A stretch of DNA of 43,653 nt from Candidatus Omnitrophota bacterium (lineage in GTDB: Bacteria > Omnitrophota > Gorgyraeia > Tantalellales > Tantalellaceae). The notes under the pieces are model-generated. The model was not told the DNA's origin, did no database searches, and saw nothing but the letters and a program-made list of their open reading frames with translations. This document shows positions 43,056 through 43,653 of this stretch, piece by piece; the first letter of the stretch is position 1; each line of letters opens with the position of its first letter. The stretch covers positions 1-43,653 of the forward strand of contig JAGLIU010000017.1 in NCBI GenBank assembly GCA_023142805.1. The letters are read 5' to 3'. Position numbers and translations under genes: made by a program.

Positions 43056-43653
43056 ATGCCATATCTAACATCAATCTGCCAACATGGACAAAGGGGAATA
43101 ATTAGAGAAAGGACTATACAAATGGAAAGCAACGACACGATTTCAATAAGGGCGCTGAATGCTGAGATAGGCGTTCTTGTACAAGAAAACGAAAAACTCC
43201 AATACAAAATATCAGAATTCAAGGCCCACAGCACAAAAATGTCCGAGGCAATAGAAACACAGGGTGACGAGGCTTCTATTAAAATGTGGCAAGAGGTGAA
43301 TGTTAAGTTGAAAAAAGAGCTTGACAATACAAACAAACGACTTCGGGCAATGATTTCCGCCTTAGAAACGGCAAATCGCGCATACTATCAGGAGGTCAAG
43401 GAATTAAAAACTGCTCTTTACAGAAAGAAAACCGCTGCGGACATTAAAGAGCTGAACAAGGGAATGTCAGCCAGTCACAACACGGCAAAAGATAAAATAA
43501 AAAGCCAGGCAATAGAAATTAATGCCTTGAAAGATGTGGTGCAAATATTGGAAGAAGAAAACAAAGATTTTAAAAACCTCACAGAGGGGCGTAGCGCCAA
43601 ACTCTTGCATATGTCTAGGGCAGAGATTAACACACACAACACGGCAAAGGCAA
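43056..43653 (+). CDS. coiled-coil protein, 3'-truncated by the window edge
   Basis: GAGGAG lies 6 nt before ATG 43056, and the frame is open to the last base of the window. Heptad-rich (..LNAEIGVLVQENEKLQYKISEF..). It is absent from the ORF track because it has no stop. ATG 43122 is an alternative start. Confidence 0.65.
   Translation, partial: MPYLTSICQHGQRGIIRERTIQMESNDTISIRALNAEIGVLVQENEKLQYKISEFKAHSTKMSEAIETQGDEASIKMWQEVNVKLKKELDNTNKRLRAMISALETANRAYYQEVKELKTALYRKKTAADIKELNKGMSASHNTAKDKIKSQAIEINALKDVVQILEEENKDFKNLTEGRSAKLLHMSRAEINTHNTAKA

Noticed and set aside
43007-43336. 109-aa ORF on the - strand
   Set aside because: It lies antisense to a better ORF (43056.., + strand) that has a GAGGAG RBS and clear coiled-coil heptads. 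It has Ser/Ile-rich shadow-ORF composition and would be the only - strand gene in this block.
1-43653. Integrase, Mu-type transposase, CI-like repressor, tRNA genes
   Set aside because: I looked for them because the virion module is Mu-like. No ORF shows DDE/RNase-H-like transposase, tyrosine or serine recombinase motifs. No cloverleaf-like region was seen in the few non-coding gaps. Absence judged by eye is not proof.

Overview
The window reads as a complete, circularly permuted tailed-phage (myovirus) genome of about 43.7 kb. An ORF that runs off the 3' edge continues in frame into nt 1-68. There are four blocks.
(1) 78-15641, + strand: a tightly packed, often translationally coupled early, replication and recombination module. 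It contains a DUF5131/Gp37-Gp68 protein, small Cys-rich proteins, an RHH protein, a TOPRIM+NTPase primase-helicase, an MmcB-like nuclease, a degenerate ThyX-like protein, an SF2 helicase, ASCH, VRR-NUC, acidic early proteins, a Cas4-like nuclease, an SSB-like protein, a Rad50/SbcC-like ATPase and an HTH protein.
(2) 15657-40298, - strand, convergent with block 1 and separated from it by a bidirectional terminator: a Mu-like morphogenesis module. It runs terS, terL, DUF935 portal, gpG-like protein, ClpP-type protease/scaffold, decoration protein, major capsid, DUF1320, sheath, tube, chaperone with a -1 frameshift, tape measure, DNA-circulation protein, and baseplate gp44-48 equivalents. It also encodes a 1069-aa fibre with a 7 x 126-nt repeat array.
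(3) 40299-41456: a repeat-dense control region with divergent sigma70-like promoters, microsatellites, operator-like repeats and an iteron-like mosaic.
(4) 41457-43653 (+68): small accessory genes, including a lipoprotein and membrane peptides.
I found no integrase, transposase, tRNA, CRISPR array or reverse transcriptase. All functional calls come from motifs read by eye, not from database searches.
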